From assembly GCF_006345805.1 (NCBI RefSeq), contig NC_043011.1, positions 7,440,001 through 7,504,000 on the forward strand: a DNA stretch of 64,000 bases, written 5' to 3'. Positions 11,196-22,985 of this stretch are shown here, in pieces. How positions within the stretch are numbered: the first letter of the stretch is position 1; every line of letters starts with the position of its first letter. Source of the stretch: Octopus sinensis. Lineage: Eukaryota. Both the position numbers and the translations under genes were made by a program. The notes under the pieces are model-generated. The model was not told the DNA's origin. It was given only the letters and a program-made list of their open reading frames with translations, and ran no database searches.

Positions 11196-11479
11196 AATAT
11201 GTAGACAGAGAGTGAACAAGAGAAACACAGATTTTAAAGATATAATGATATCGATGATGATGATGGTGATAACTGATGATGATGATGATGACAATGATGA
11301 CAAATTAATTCAATAGTTTTATATTCTGCCTAACATGGTCATTGCAGTGAGGCGTCGTGGTGGCATGGATAAGCTATGAAGCTCCTGAGCAAAGAGTTAC
11401 AAGCTCATCCACGGCAAGTGAGACGAAGCACTTCACTTCCACCCCAAATCTCATTTGATTTTTGTCTACCCCTACAAAC

Positions 11480-12390
11480 TGTACCCCTTGCTCCATCACC
11501 ATTAATCATTTAACAGCTCATAGATAAATGTTACAGTGATGTGGGGACAAGCATCACTGGTCCATTGTGACATTCATCCTTCATGCTTCTGAGATCAACC
11601 AGGTGAGCAGTTTTACCCCTTGTCGGTCCTGAGGTGACTTCTTTAGCCAATATTGGCATAAAATCCACAGCTATAGTGGGGTCATATACTAGCAGTATCA
11701 GGACCCGGTGCACCCTTGCAATCCATGCAGCTGCAACCTGTCCCTCTTTAAGATTCTCTGACCATTTCTGATTCTGAGTATTGACTAGCAAAATGCACAA
11801 CACTAACGTCCACAGTGACCAATGTTGACCAAGTTGTTTGTTCCTAAGGGGACTCTTCTAAGTGACCCTTCTTCAAGCTCATCGTGAGAATGTTCTTATG
11901 GCTCCTCTCCAGTCCACCACATGACCAACAGCCAACTGTTAGTTTACCAAAAATCTGTTTAGGGAGGCTGCAGTCAGACATCTGCATGCTATGTGCTCAA
12001 CTCTACTGCAGTGGGCATTTAATCAGGAAGGCACTAAACCATCTCCCTCCTCCAGTGTTTTAAATCCAGGTTCTGTCTCCGTTAACAAGGGTGGCCGGAT
12101 CTACCTCAATGCCAATAGCAACTGAGGTAGGCAGGTGCAGCCCACCCCAACCTTTGGGATAGCTGGTGCCCATTCTCCCTTGCTATCATGAGGCTTTTTT
12201 GGAGCTGGATTTTCTACAGGGAGCAGGCCCTTGCTTACACCCAACCTCAGTTTCTAGACAAGAGTGGTTCTGAAACCAAGGCCTCTACCATGATTTTTAA
12301 GAAATGTGGTGGAAAACTAGCTCAAGAAAGCAGGGATGCTACTCCCAGAGACCCCTTTCAGAGCCCCCTACCCCTACTCAACAGCTAATT
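11480..12390 (-). mobile_element. Degenerate RTE LINE 5' portion (5' UTR plus APE endonuclease remnant)
   Basis: Minus strand reads LTVGCWS (resembles LxVGTWN) and LLVYDPT (resembles VYAPT). Upstream cctgctcctgtagaaaatccagc resembles RTE 5' UTRs. Confidence 0.5.
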
Positions 12391-12399
12391 ATTTGGTTA

Positions 12400-13070
12400 A
12401 TTAGTGGTGATGAAAGTGTAGTTAGTGTCCTTCCCCCCACCCACATGATCATGACAGAGAAAGTTGAGCAGAGAGTCTGCATCGAATTTTGCCAAAAGCT
12501 TGGTGATACCTGCTCAGAGGCCTATGCAAAGTTTTCAAAAAGTTTTCATTGTTTTCAACGCAGTTAAGGAAATCTTGTGCACCTGAAACCCGAATGTCTT
12601 TTTGGTCAGCTGAAAGCAGTTTTGGCACAAACTTGGCAGACACACATCTCATACCCAAATCTTCAGTGATAATGGACTGAACTGAACCATAACTAATCTG
12701 CACATCCTCTGGTAACTCACGGATGGTGATTCGACGATTTCCCCTCACAACTGTACACACATCTGTGATGTTTTTCTCAGTTCTGCTGGTTGCAGATCTT
12801 TCAGAACGTTCATCAATATCGACATTTTTTCGGTCATCTTGGAAATGTTTGAACCACTCATGCATTTTTGTGCGGCTCATACACTCCTCTCCATACACTT
12901 TCTGCAACTTTGCGTAAGTCCCTGAGCAAGTATTGCCATGACAACTTTCTCTGTTATGGTCAATGTGATGATCACACGCTACACACCTTCCTTCCAAGCA
13001 CTGCTGTAAACAGGGGAAGTAAGCTGGAACGTTAAAACTTAGTGCACATGCACAGCAGAGTTCAATAATT
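12400..13070 (-). mobile_element. Mariner transposase remnant with an inverted copy of its 5' end
   Basis: Minus strand: YAKLQKVYGEECMSRTKMHEWFKHFQDDRKNVDIDERS...RRITIREL...VSAKFVPKLLSADQK. Plus strand from 12449: MTEKVEQRVCIEFCQKLGDTCSEAYAK. Confidence 0.8.
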
Positions 13071-13429
13071 TAATAGTCTTATGCACACATATCTGCACAG
13101 GAGAATTAAAAATTACGGCCGATTTTAGCAGTTTTGTAACTTCTTGCGGAACCCCTGGACTGTACTTGCAGAACCCTAAGGTTCCCCGGAACCCTGGTTG
13201 AAAACCACTGCTCTGGATACTTATTGATCAGACCTCGTATGTGTGTGTGGGGGGGCCTAGGTTATCTTTAGGGTGATAGATAAAGGGAGATTACCTTTAG
13301 TGGTCTTTGCCCCAATGCCTACATAGACCAGGCAAACAGAGGTAACAGAGAGGTGACGTCTGTGTTAGGGTAACCACAAGGTGGCAGCGGTGCACAGCAA
13401 TAGGGGTTAATTCTAGTGGTTTTTGTGTT

Positions 13430-13575
13430 AGCAGAAGTAGTAATGATAGCAGTGGTTGTGTTGGTAGTGGTGGTGATGGTAGTAGTAGTAGTAGTAGTGG
13501 TGTTGGTGGTGGTGGTGATTGTAAAAGTGGTAGTGTTGGTAATGATGGTAGTAGTAGTGGTAATAGTGGTGACGG
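13430..13575 (+). repeat. (GTA)/(GTG)n trinucleotide tract
   Basis: gtagtagtg and gtggtg runs. Confidence 0.85.
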
Positions 13576-13619
13576 AGGCAGAAGATTTCGGTAAGAAAAC
13601 AAAACCAAACAATATTTAC

Positions 13620-13729
13620 CACGGCGAAGTACGCTGCTTGTGTCTGGTGTGAAAAGAGGTGGAATTTTACCCAGGACACTTGGAGACATGAATAAACCAT
13701 TATGTTGGAAATTGGCTGGCGTAGAAACA
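13620..13729 (-). CDS. SKA3: SKA3-like coding exon 4
   Basis: ggttttcttttcag acceptor, G|GTAAAT donor, 110 nt, phase 2 to 1: VSTPANFQHNGLFMSPSVLGKIPPLFTPDTSSVLRR. PxFxTP resembles SKA3 PTFCTPG. Confidence 0.88.
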
Positions 13730-14221
13730 CTGAAAAGAAAACCAGAATGAAACCATTTTTGACAAGACATTTTCTTTATTTTCAGACAATAAGAACTGAA
13801 TTCTTGGATTATTAAAAGGGAATTGGTTTTGGGAACAGCAGAATAATACTGTTGTTCAGCCTGGAACCATTCTAAAAGACACTTGCCTAAGGTGCTGTGC
13901 AATGGGACTGAACCCAAGAATACAGGATTAAGAAGCGGGCTTCTTAACCGCTCAGTCACACCTGCATCTACACACACCGTAACAAAAACTGGAAAGTTTG
14001 GGATATTTTTAGTTTCATTACAGTGAAGGAAATACATTACGAATATAAATATTAATAACAATATAAGTATGAATTCATAATAGGTATGAACAAGTAGAAA
14101 ACCTGTATAGGATCATATTTCTATACAAGTTATGCCTTGATAGACGTGTTAATTTGGTCCTGGAAGCTGCTCCTAAAGCACAGCAATAATTTCCCATAAT
14201 AGCAATGTTATAAACTGTAAT

Positions 14222-14650
14222 TCATCATCATCATCGTTTAACGTCCGTTTTCCATGCCAGCATGGGTTGGACGGTTCGACACGGGTCTGGGAAGCCAGGA
14301 GGCTGCACCAGGCTCGACACTGATCTGGCAGTATTTCTACAGCTGGATGCCCTTCCTAACGCCAACCACTTTGATTTTTTGATGCTGACGTACATGACTC
14401 AATAGGTCTCCTCAAGCACAGCAGGTCGCCCTACGATCCAAGGCACTTTGGAAGAGCTGGGGCTTCCATGTGAAGCTGGTGCAGGAAACAGCCATGAACT
14501 CACATTATTTGTCGGGTCTTCGCAGTCACAGCATATCTTCAGAGGTCTCGGTCTTCCGTCATTGCCTCTGAGAGACCCAACGTTTGAAGGTCATGCTTGA
14601 CCACCTCATCCCATGTCTTTTTGGGGTCTACCTCTACCCTGGATTCCTTC
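14222..14650 (-). mobile_element. RTE 3' remnant (ORF end plus UTR, (GAT)n tail)
   Basis: VDPKKTWDEVVKHDLQTLGLSEAMTEDRDL matches the C-terminus of the 25857 RTE ORF. Confidence 0.8.
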
Positions 14651-15047
14651 AACTGTTTGTGAGTGGCCATTTCTAAAAAAATATTATACCTATAAAATTT
14701 ATAATACTTGTAAATAAATGGCAATAAAACAACAGTAGAATGTAAACTATATTTTATGTAAAGTAAAAAGAATGTCAGGATCTTTTATAATAAAAAATAT
14801 TATTATTATAATCGTTTTCTGAATCACTTTCACTCACACTGGACATATGCAGACCATCACTTGTAGACGCGATCGCCGATTCACAAGCACTCATAGACTG
14901 ACTTGTAGGTTTCTTTTTAAACAACAAGACTAGATTTGATTACTTAGAAGAAGCTATGTTTGCTCTCTATAAATTTCTCGGTAACACGCAGCATTTATTA
15001 CGGTAGTAGAAACCTTTGCATTCTGGTCAAGATATGGGTCTTGTGCT

Positions 15048-15400
15048 TCATCATCATCATCATCATCATCGTTTAACGTCTGCTTTCCATGCTAGCATAG
15101 GTTGGGTGATTTTGACTGAGGGCTGGCGAACCAGATGGCTACACCAGGCCCCAATCTTGATCTGGCAGAGTTTCTACAGCTGGATGCCCTTCCTAATGCC
15201 AACCACTCCGAGAGTGTTGTGGCTGCTTTTTACATGCCACTGGCATGGGGGCCAGTCAGGCGGTACTGGCAATGACCTCGCTCAAATCTTTTTACACATG
15301 CCACCGGTACAGGTGCCAGTAAGGCGACGTTTGTAATAATCATGCTCGAATAGTGCCCTTTACGTGCCACCGGCACGGAAGCCAGTTGGCTGCTCTGAAT
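15048..15400 (-). mobile_element. Family C element
   Basis: (CAT)n tail plus the family core. Confidence 0.8.
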
Positions 15401-16282
15401 AAAACTCAAACTTGCGTCCTCATAACGTGAGGTATTACTGGTATATATATATATATATAGATATATATAGAGACATATATTTCCTCAAACCTTAGGATTA
15501 ATATTCATTCATATCTCTCTCTCGTGTGTGTGTGTGTATGTGTATATATCTATACACACATTGCTTGACAACCAATGCTGGTGTGCTTATGTGCCCGTAA
15601 CTTAGCAGTTTGGCAAAAGAGACTGATAGAATAAGCACTAGGCTTACAAAGAATAAGTCCTGGGGATCAGTTTGTTCAACGAAAGGTGGAGCTCCAGCAT
15701 GGCCACAGTGAAATGACCGAAAAAAATAAAAGAATAAACAAAAAAACAATAGTAAAAGTCACAATAAAACAAGAAAAGGAACTTCATCTCTCTTACTAGT
15801 TGCTGCTGCTGTTGTAATTCGAGTAAGACTCGTGACTTTTACAAGCGTTGTTGGGCCTCTGCAACTGAGCAATTGTGTAATGGCTGACCCCGAAATCTTT
15901 CAACTGCGGCGTCTGGGGAGAGCCTTTCTCGTCTGGCACCTTGTTATTGGATGCATTCTCAGGGGTAGATCTAGCAACAGGGTTAAGGAATTTAAAAAAA
16001 AAAAAAAAGGTGGTGCTCCAGCATGGCCGCAGTCAAATGACTGAAACAAGTAAAAGAGTAACTGATTTTAATTAAAGGGTGCAGGGAGAGTAATCTGGGG
16101 GGGGGGGGCAATGTGATGTGGATGGGACTGCGGGCTAGTTACATAGCATTGGCACCAGTACTAGATTGGTCCTTTATTTGACTAACCCAGAAAGGATGAA
16201 AGGCAAGGATATAAACCAGGGCCGTGGAGTCGAAACAAACAAACGTTGACTCCGACTCCTCTGACTCTTTATGTCATTAAGA

Positions 16283-16365
16283 TCCCTGCCTGGAATCAAC
16301 TCCACTAAGAGCGTGGGCTACTAACCCCCAAGATTCAGAGTTTGATTCCAGGCAGGTACCTGAAT
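16283..16365. mobile_element. Second head-to-head copy of the tRNA-headed element
   Basis: ctgcctggaatcaactc (reverse arm) abuts aagagcgtgggctactaaccccaagattcagagtttgattccaggcag (forward head), as at 2130-2240. Confidence 0.65.
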
Positions 16366-16366
16366 A

Positions 16367-16398
<32 letters not shown>

Positions 16399-16436
16399 GG
16401 TGATGATAATGATAAGTCATAATAATAATAATAATA

Positions 16437-16501
<65 letters not shown>

Positions 16502-16519
16502 TATTATTATTATTATTTC

Positions 16520-16720
16520 AAGGGGCTAAAAACAGAGGGGACAAACAAGGACAGACAAAGGGATTAAGTCGATTACATCAACCCCAGTGCATAACTGGTA
16601 CTTAATTTATTGACCCCTAAAGGATGAAAGGGAAAGTCGACCTACGTGGAATTTGAACTCAGAACGTAATGGCAGACGAAATATGGCTACGCATTTCGCC
16701 CGGCGTGCTAACAATTCTGC
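16520..16720 (-). mobile_element. SINE family B next to an (AAT)n tract
   Basis: Reverse complement of the family B consensus; (AAT)n at 16418-16500. Confidence 0.8.
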
Positions 16721-16755
<35 letters not shown>

Positions 16756-16759
16756 GATA

Positions 16760-17100
16760 ATAGAAGGCGAAAGGGTAGATAGATACAAGCCTCTTAATAG
16801 AAGACCCTAGAAGGCTCTGGCTATGGAAAAAGAAGAAGGCAAAGATAGTGGCAATTATTATGAGGTCCTTGGGAACAGTATCAGTGGTCATCAAGAGGAA
16901 TAATATAGAGTAAATCGGAACAGAGTGCTCAGTAGAACTGTTACGAAAGGTCTGCCTCCTTGGCACGGCCAGAACAATCAGGAAAGTATTGGATAGCTGA
17001 AAAGAATGGATAGCATGGTACCATAGGCTGCAGGTAGGAAAACCTGCAACACACGCAAGACTAAGTAGTTCCAACAAAACCTGTGACAAAGACATCATCA
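16760..17100 (+). mobile_element. 5'-truncated R4/Dong-clade LINE (end of the REL endonuclease domain) inside (TAA)n
   Basis: RLW...KIVAIIMRSLGTV...ELLRKVCLLGTARTIRKVLDS* matches the R4/Dong C-terminal pattern LQKAxLLGTARILR. TAA repeats flank both sides. Confidence 0.75.
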
Positions 17101-17160
17101 TATAATAATAATAAAAATAATAATAATAAATAAAATAAAATAATAATAATAATAATATAG

Positions 17161-17325
17161 GCACAGGAGTGGCTGTGTGGTAAGTAGCTTGCTTACCAAC
17201 CACATGGTTCCGGGTTCAGTCCCACTGTGTGGCACCTTGGGCAAGTGTCTTCTACTATAGCCCCGGGTCGACCAAAGCCTTGTGAGTGGATTCGTTAGAT
17301 GGAAACTGAAAAGAAGCCCGTCGTA

Positions 17326-17397
<72 letters not shown>

Positions 17398-17600
17398 CTG
17401 TTTTGTCCCCCTAGCATTGCTTGACAACCGATGCTGGTGTGTTTATGTCCCCGTTACTTAGTGGTTCGGCAAAAGAGACCGATAGAATAAGTACTGGGCT
17501 TACAAAGAATAAGTCTCGGTGTCGAGTTGCTCGATTAAAGGCAGTGCTCCAGCATAGCCGCAGTCAAATGACTGAAACAAGTAAAAAAGAGTAAGAGTAA
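17161..17600 (+). mobile_element. SINE family A, full length
   Basis: Full consensus with internal (TA)n. Confidence 0.9.
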
Positions 17601-17797
17601 TAATGATGTGTTTAAATTTTGGCACAGGGCCAGCAGTTTTTGAGGGGAAGAAGTTGATTATATTAATCCCAGTATTTCACTGGTATTTGTTTTGATTGAT
17701 CGTGAAAGAACGAAAAGCAATGTCAACCTCAGCGGAACTTGAATTTTGATTGTAAAGATGGGCAAAATGGTACTAAGCCTTTTACCTGGTGTAAAAA

Positions 17798-18385
17798 TAA
17801 GGAGCACTCAGAGAGCGCAAACCTCTGCCAAGGCAACATCAATGTCCTCTCACCAATTAGCCAGAGATGATTTTTAAAATGAGAACATCTGAAATAAACT
17901 CGACTGTCTCTCACAAACGAGAATACTAAAAATCAACCTGACCGCTCTCAAGAATTAAGTAAAAAAAAAACGGGAAAATAATCCAGAATCCTTGTCCGGT
18001 ACCGGATCAATTCCAATGGTAGTCATGGAATGTGAAGGTGGCTGCAGAAAATTTAGTAACAGTAATAAATATTTTATCCTTATCTAATACAAGCCAAAGT
18101 TAGCAAATTCACCATTCAAAATAGTTAAAGGGAGATAATTGAGAAAGACTTGAAAGTTAATGTAAGATCGTAATTATGTAAAATAAAGTAAATATAACAA
18201 ACAATCCAGAATCCTTGTCCGGTACCGGATCGATCCCAAAATCTAATCAGTTCGTGCTAGACACGAGGTCAAACATTCCTGAAAGTTTCATCTGAATCCA
18301 GCCAACGGTTCTTGAGATATCATGTCCATGGATAAACTAACACAACTGAGAAATAACACCTCTGCCTTAGCAAAGGAGGAGGAGG
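17798..18385. mobile_element. Helentron-associated non-autonomous element (HINE-like)
   Basis: acctctgcc occurs near both ends, terminal hairpin cctctgccttagcaaaggaggagg, internal duplicated atccagaatccttgtccggtaccggatc. Confidence 0.5.
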
Positions 18386-18428
18386 AGGAATAATAATAAT
18401 AATAAATAACAACAACAACAACAATAAC

Positions 18429-18469
<41 letters not shown>

Positions 18470-18700
18470 GGGCACCAAGTCAGTGTGTAACGGATAGTTT
18501 TGTAGACAATAATCCAAGATTCCTAAACTATTTTGTGCTGTTTGGATGTTTTGAGATATTCATCAGAATATTTCCCACAGATTCAAAATAAATCAAAATT
18601 ATTTAAATAAATGAATCTACAGAAAAGAAATCTATTTAAAGAAAAAGGGAGAAAAAGAGAATGAAAAAAAAAAAAGGGAAAAAGTAAAGAGAAAGGATAC

Positions 18701-18791
18701 GCTTCCTTTTCTTCGACTGGATTGTCAACATCATCATCATCATCATCATCTTGTTCATCTTTTACTTTTGAAGGAGTTGGTTGTTGCTTCC
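18701..18791 (-). CDS. SKA3: SKA3-like coding exon 3
   Basis: atatttcttccag acceptor, GC|GTATCC donor, 91 nt, phase 1 to 2: (R)KQQPTPSKVKDEQDDDDDDDVDNPVEEKE(A). Contains a coding (GAT)7. Confidence 0.85.
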
Positions 18792-19024
18792 CTGGAAGAA
18801 ATATACAAAATGCAGGAGAGAAATTTCGGTCCGTGTGTCCACCATTCATCTCTTTCTTTCTTTTCCTGTTCTGTAAATGTTTCTCCACAATGAAAAAGCT
18901 ATCCAATCTTATAACGCAAACTTAATAAACCGACTCCCATCCATAACGACCACCCCAGCTGAAGCCAACTTAGAAAGCGAATGCAGGATGACGAGATGAC
19001 GATGACACACAGAAGCACACAGGA

Positions 19025-19280
19025 ATGCACACACCAGTGTATATACACACCAGTGTATATACACACCAGTGTATATACACACCAGTGTTTATACACATCA
19101 CTGTATATACACACCAGTGTTTATACACATCACTGTATATACACACCAGTGTATATACACATCAGTGTATATACACATCAGTGTATATACACATCAGTGT
19201 TTATACACATCAGTGTATACACACCAGTGTTTATACACATCAGTGTATATACACACCAGTGTATATACACACCAGCGTGT
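19025..19280 (+). repeat. Minisatellite, unit of about 18-22 bp built on the palindrome GTGTATATACAC
   Basis: cagtgtatatacacac and cagtgtttatacacat variants repeated in tandem about a dozen times. Confidence 0.9.
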
Positions 19281-19868
19281 ATAGAGAAATGTAAATAAAT
19301 GTGATGGCTGCAACTTGATTCTGAGCAATGCTATTGCTTGACTCTTCTCAACAAAATGAGCAAAATGGATGTGGTTTTCAGTTGTACTAGGGACCTACAC
19401 CCTTTAGCACAGAGGGGCACCTCTTACAGTAGGCGTTCAAAGAGCTTACTATCCCCATGCCTTCATTCCAACCCGCATCTGTAGGAAATAAGTCTGGCTC
19501 AATGAAGACTCATCTGAACCACGCAAGCATGGAAAAATAGATGTCAGAATGATATATTGAGGGTGAGGCAGAAAAACATCCCATATTTTACATGGCCATT
19601 GGTGTGGCACTCATGAACTTAGGCAGATGATCATGGTGCTTTTATGTAGCTGACGCTTTACTGTTGTTTCTGCAGTTGCCATAATGGTCTGGACTGGTAC
19701 ACTCTGTGCTTTTGCGATTGAAATGTTGGACAAGGATGGTGAATCTGTGAGTTGTTTTTGCCTTAACCTGTATATATATGTGTGAGTGAGAGAGTGTGTG
19801 GGTGTTTATTAAGAGCGTATATATGGATGTAACACAAAGATGCAATTAAAAGAATAAAACCCACTCAC

Positions 19869-20019
19869 GATATGGAATATAACCATGTTCTTCTAAGAAG
19901 GATTCCTGCTCCTTGATAATGGTCTTCTGTTGTTCCAGTATCATAGAAGTTAAGTCTGTGATGCTCCGAAACTGGACATAAGAATTCTGTAGATCTTGGT
20001 GTAAACTGTTGCATTCCAA
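19869..20019 (-). CDS. SKA3: SKA3-like coding exon 2
   Basis: tataattcttcag acceptor, C|GTGAGT donor, 151 nt, phase 0 to 1: LECNSLHQDLQNSYVQFRSITDLTSMILEQQKTIIKEQESFLEEHGYIPY. FLEEHGYIP resembles the SKA3 YFQKYGYSP motif that closes the N-terminal coiled coil. Confidence 0.9.
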
Positions 20020-20361
20020 CTGAAGAATTATAGCAGCAGAACAAGACAGAAGAATATGGAATTAGTTAATTAGATTGTCTCTGGAGACGAAACAAATTTT
20101 AATAGTTTTGAGTGGTTGAGACGGTGGGGGGAGCGGGGGAGAGAAAGAGAAAAAAGATAATGTCAATGTTCTTACGGATGTTAGTGCCAGAATGCAAAAG
20201 AAGGAACCGATATTGAAAGGCATCCTGCCTGACATTCTAAGAACTCTGCCTCTCAACCACCTTGAACTGCTCCTTAATTTATCAATCCTGAAAGGACAAA
20301 AGGCAAAGCTGGCCTTGGTGAAATTTGAACCCAGAATGCAGAGTCTGTGCTGTAATGATGC

Positions 20362-20403
<42 letters not shown>

Positions 20404-20404
20404 C

Positions 20405-20800
20405 TTACTCTTTTACTCTTTTACTTGTTTCAGTCATTTGACTGCGGCCATGCTGGAGCACTGCCTTTAATCGAGCAACTCAACCCCGGGACTTATTCTT
20501 TTGTAAGCCCAGTACTTATTCTATCGGTCACTTTTGCCGAACTGCTAAGTTAAGGGGATGTAAACACACCAGCATCAGTTGTCAAGCGATGTGGGGGGAG
20601 GGGGACAAACACAGACACACATAAACATACATATATACGACGGGCTTCTTTCAGTTTCCGTCAACCAAATCCATTCACAAGGCTTTGGTCGGCCCGAGGA
20701 TATAGTAGAAGACACTTGCCCAAGGTGCCATGCAGTGGGACTGAACCTGGAACCATGTGGTTTGTAGGCAAGTTATTTACCTCACATCCACTACTACGCT
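20405..20800 (-). mobile_element. SINE family A, full length
   Basis: Reverse complement of the full consensus. Confidence 0.9.
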
Positions 20801-20828
20801 TAATTTTTAAAAATCTTTATTACAGATG

Positions 20829-20875
20829 TGGAGATGCCAGGTATCGAACCTGGGGCCTTTCGCATACAAAGCGAA
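20829..20875 (-). pseudogene. 3'-half tRNA-Ala-like fragment
   Basis: TTCGC-TTTGTAT-GCGAA-AGGC-CCCAGGTTCGATACCTGG-CATCTCCA has anticodon arm, T arm and 3' acceptor strand. The 5' half is absent. Confidence 0.6.
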
Positions 20876-20889
20876 ATATATATATATGC

Positions 20890-20936
<47 letters not shown>

Positions 20937-21156
20937 TTGTCTCCATGAGTGCCATTACTCAAAAGGTGCTTTTTATGTGCCAATTACATGGCACTGACAA
21001 TGGCCACATCTATGGCTTCACTTGGTTTGACAGGACTTCTTGAGCACAGCATATCGCCAAAGGTTTCAGTCACTAGTCATTGCCTCTGTGAGGCTCAACA
21101 TTTGAAGATCATGCTACACCACCTCAGCCCATGTCTTCCTGGGTCTCCAGGGAATA

Positions 21157-22333
21157 TTGGGTCATCCCATAAATAATGTGGGATTTTTTAAAATTAAGAT
21201 AAACAAAGTTCTTTTTCAATCTAAAATATACTCTCCTTCATTTTCTACAATGCTCTTTCATCTATCTGGTAGACTTGCAAGGTCCCTCTTCCAAAATTCA
21301 CTTGTCCATGATGAAAAGTACTCTTCCAGTACTGTTCTGACCTCATCTGCAGAATTCATATTTTTCCCGTCCAAATGATTTTGAAGACTGCGGAATAAAT
21401 GATAATCAGATGGGGCAATGTCCAGTGAAAATGCTGGGTGGGACATCATTTCCCATTCAAATTGCCCCAGCCTTTGGAATGTCATCCTCACTGTATGTGG
21501 CTGAGCATTACCCTGATGGAAGAACACCTTTTGTTTTGAGACCAAAGTTGGTCATTTTTGGATGGCACGAAGGTGTCGATGAATGGTTGAATGACCAAAT
21601 CCAAGCTTCCCTGCTAGTTCCTCAACAGTTATGATGGGATTTTAATCCACCAGGGTTTCCAAGACATCCCCGTCGAGCTCCATAGATCTTCCAGGACGAG
21701 GCTCGTCTTCTAGGCTGTAGTTTTTGGCTTGGAATTTCAGGAACCACCACTGACACTGGCTTCCGCTTATTGTCCGATCCCCATATCCTGCATAAGTATT
21801 CCTTGCACTTTCCGTTGCATTGTTGCCTTTATTGAACTCATAAAGCAAAATATGATCTCTTATCACTTCCATTATAGCTTTGAAAAAATAACTGTTAAAA
21901 TCAAACTGCTCTCTTCGAAATTTGCACTAAGAATGAGGAGACCTCCTTTGGTCATGAATGACCAAGGGATTTCACCTAGAAAGTTACCCTCCAAGGTACA
22001 AGTCCAGGCAAGGTTGTTTGTGGAAGGCCAGCAGTCACCCATGCATACCGGCCTCTCCTCTCCACACCACTGATGTTATCCAAGGGAAAGGCAAAGGGGC
22101 CGATACAGCTTGGCACCTGTGACGTCGCAACTCGCTTCTACAGCTGAGTGAACTGGACCAACGTGAAATAAAGTGTCTTGCTCAAGAACACAACACGCAG
22201 CCCAATCCGGGAATCGACCTCGCAACCTCATGATCGTAAGCCTGACGCCCTAACCACTGCTTTTATAGGAAACTGATGCAGGTAGTTTAGTTCATGTAAG
22301 TGAAAAAACTGCATTATTTATGGGATGACCCAA
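21157..22333 (-). mobile_element. Mariner, internally deleted, with both TIRs and TA target duplication
   Basis: TA|ttgggtcatcccataaataatg...cattattttatgggatgacccaa|TA. Remnants MEVIRDHILLYEFNKG...YSLEDEPRPGRS and HQGNAQPH...SLDIAPSDYHLFRSLQNHL. Confidence 0.9.
21925..22258 (-). mobile_element. tRNA-derived SINE nested inside the mariner
   Basis: The minus strand starts cagtggttagggcgtcaggcttacgatcatgaggttgcgaggtcgattcccgg (tRNA-like) and interrupts the mariner 5' UTR. Confidence 0.7.
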
Positions 22334-22754
22334 TACAAAGACTTTGGTACACTATTATATATTTGAAAATATAAAAAAAAGAGAAACGGCTTTTCTGATA
22401 ATTTTTCCACTTTAATAATTAGGTGTTAAATCGTGACTCAGACAGGAGTTTCTCACTTAAGAGTAATTTTCAAACTGATATTTTAGAGTTTGTTCTTCAC
22501 TGTGTAACGAGGGAGTGCTTAATTAAAAACACACACACACACATATACACAGGCAGACACACAAGCACATATGCACAAGCAGAGAAACATAAACACACAT
22601 ATACATGTATTCATGCACATACATACATACATATATACACACACATACTAATGTGTGTATTAAAAGATGCATATATATATACATACATACACATGCATAT
22701 ATATACACACACACACACACACGTGTATATGTTTGTGTATATATACATATGTAA

Positions 22755-22985
22755 GTGCGGCGACTTGGCAGAACCGTTAGCACGACGGGCAAAATGCGTA
22801 GCCGTATTTCGTCTGCCGTTACGTTCTGAGTTCAAATTCCGCCGAGGTCGACTTTGCCTTTCATCCTTTCGGCGTCGATAAATTAAGTACCAGTTACGCA
22901 CTGGGGTCGATATAATCAACTTAATCCCTTTGTCTGTCCTTGTTTGTCCCCTCTGTGTTTAGCCCCTTGTGGGTAGTAAAGAAAC
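22755..22985 (+). mobile_element. SINE family B
   Basis: Full consensus. Confidence 0.85.

Noticed and set aside
13297-14061. 254-aa minus-strand ORF as a single gene
   Set aside because: Only 13620-13729 is a real exon bounded by splice sites; the rest is intron and (GTA/GTG)n repeat.
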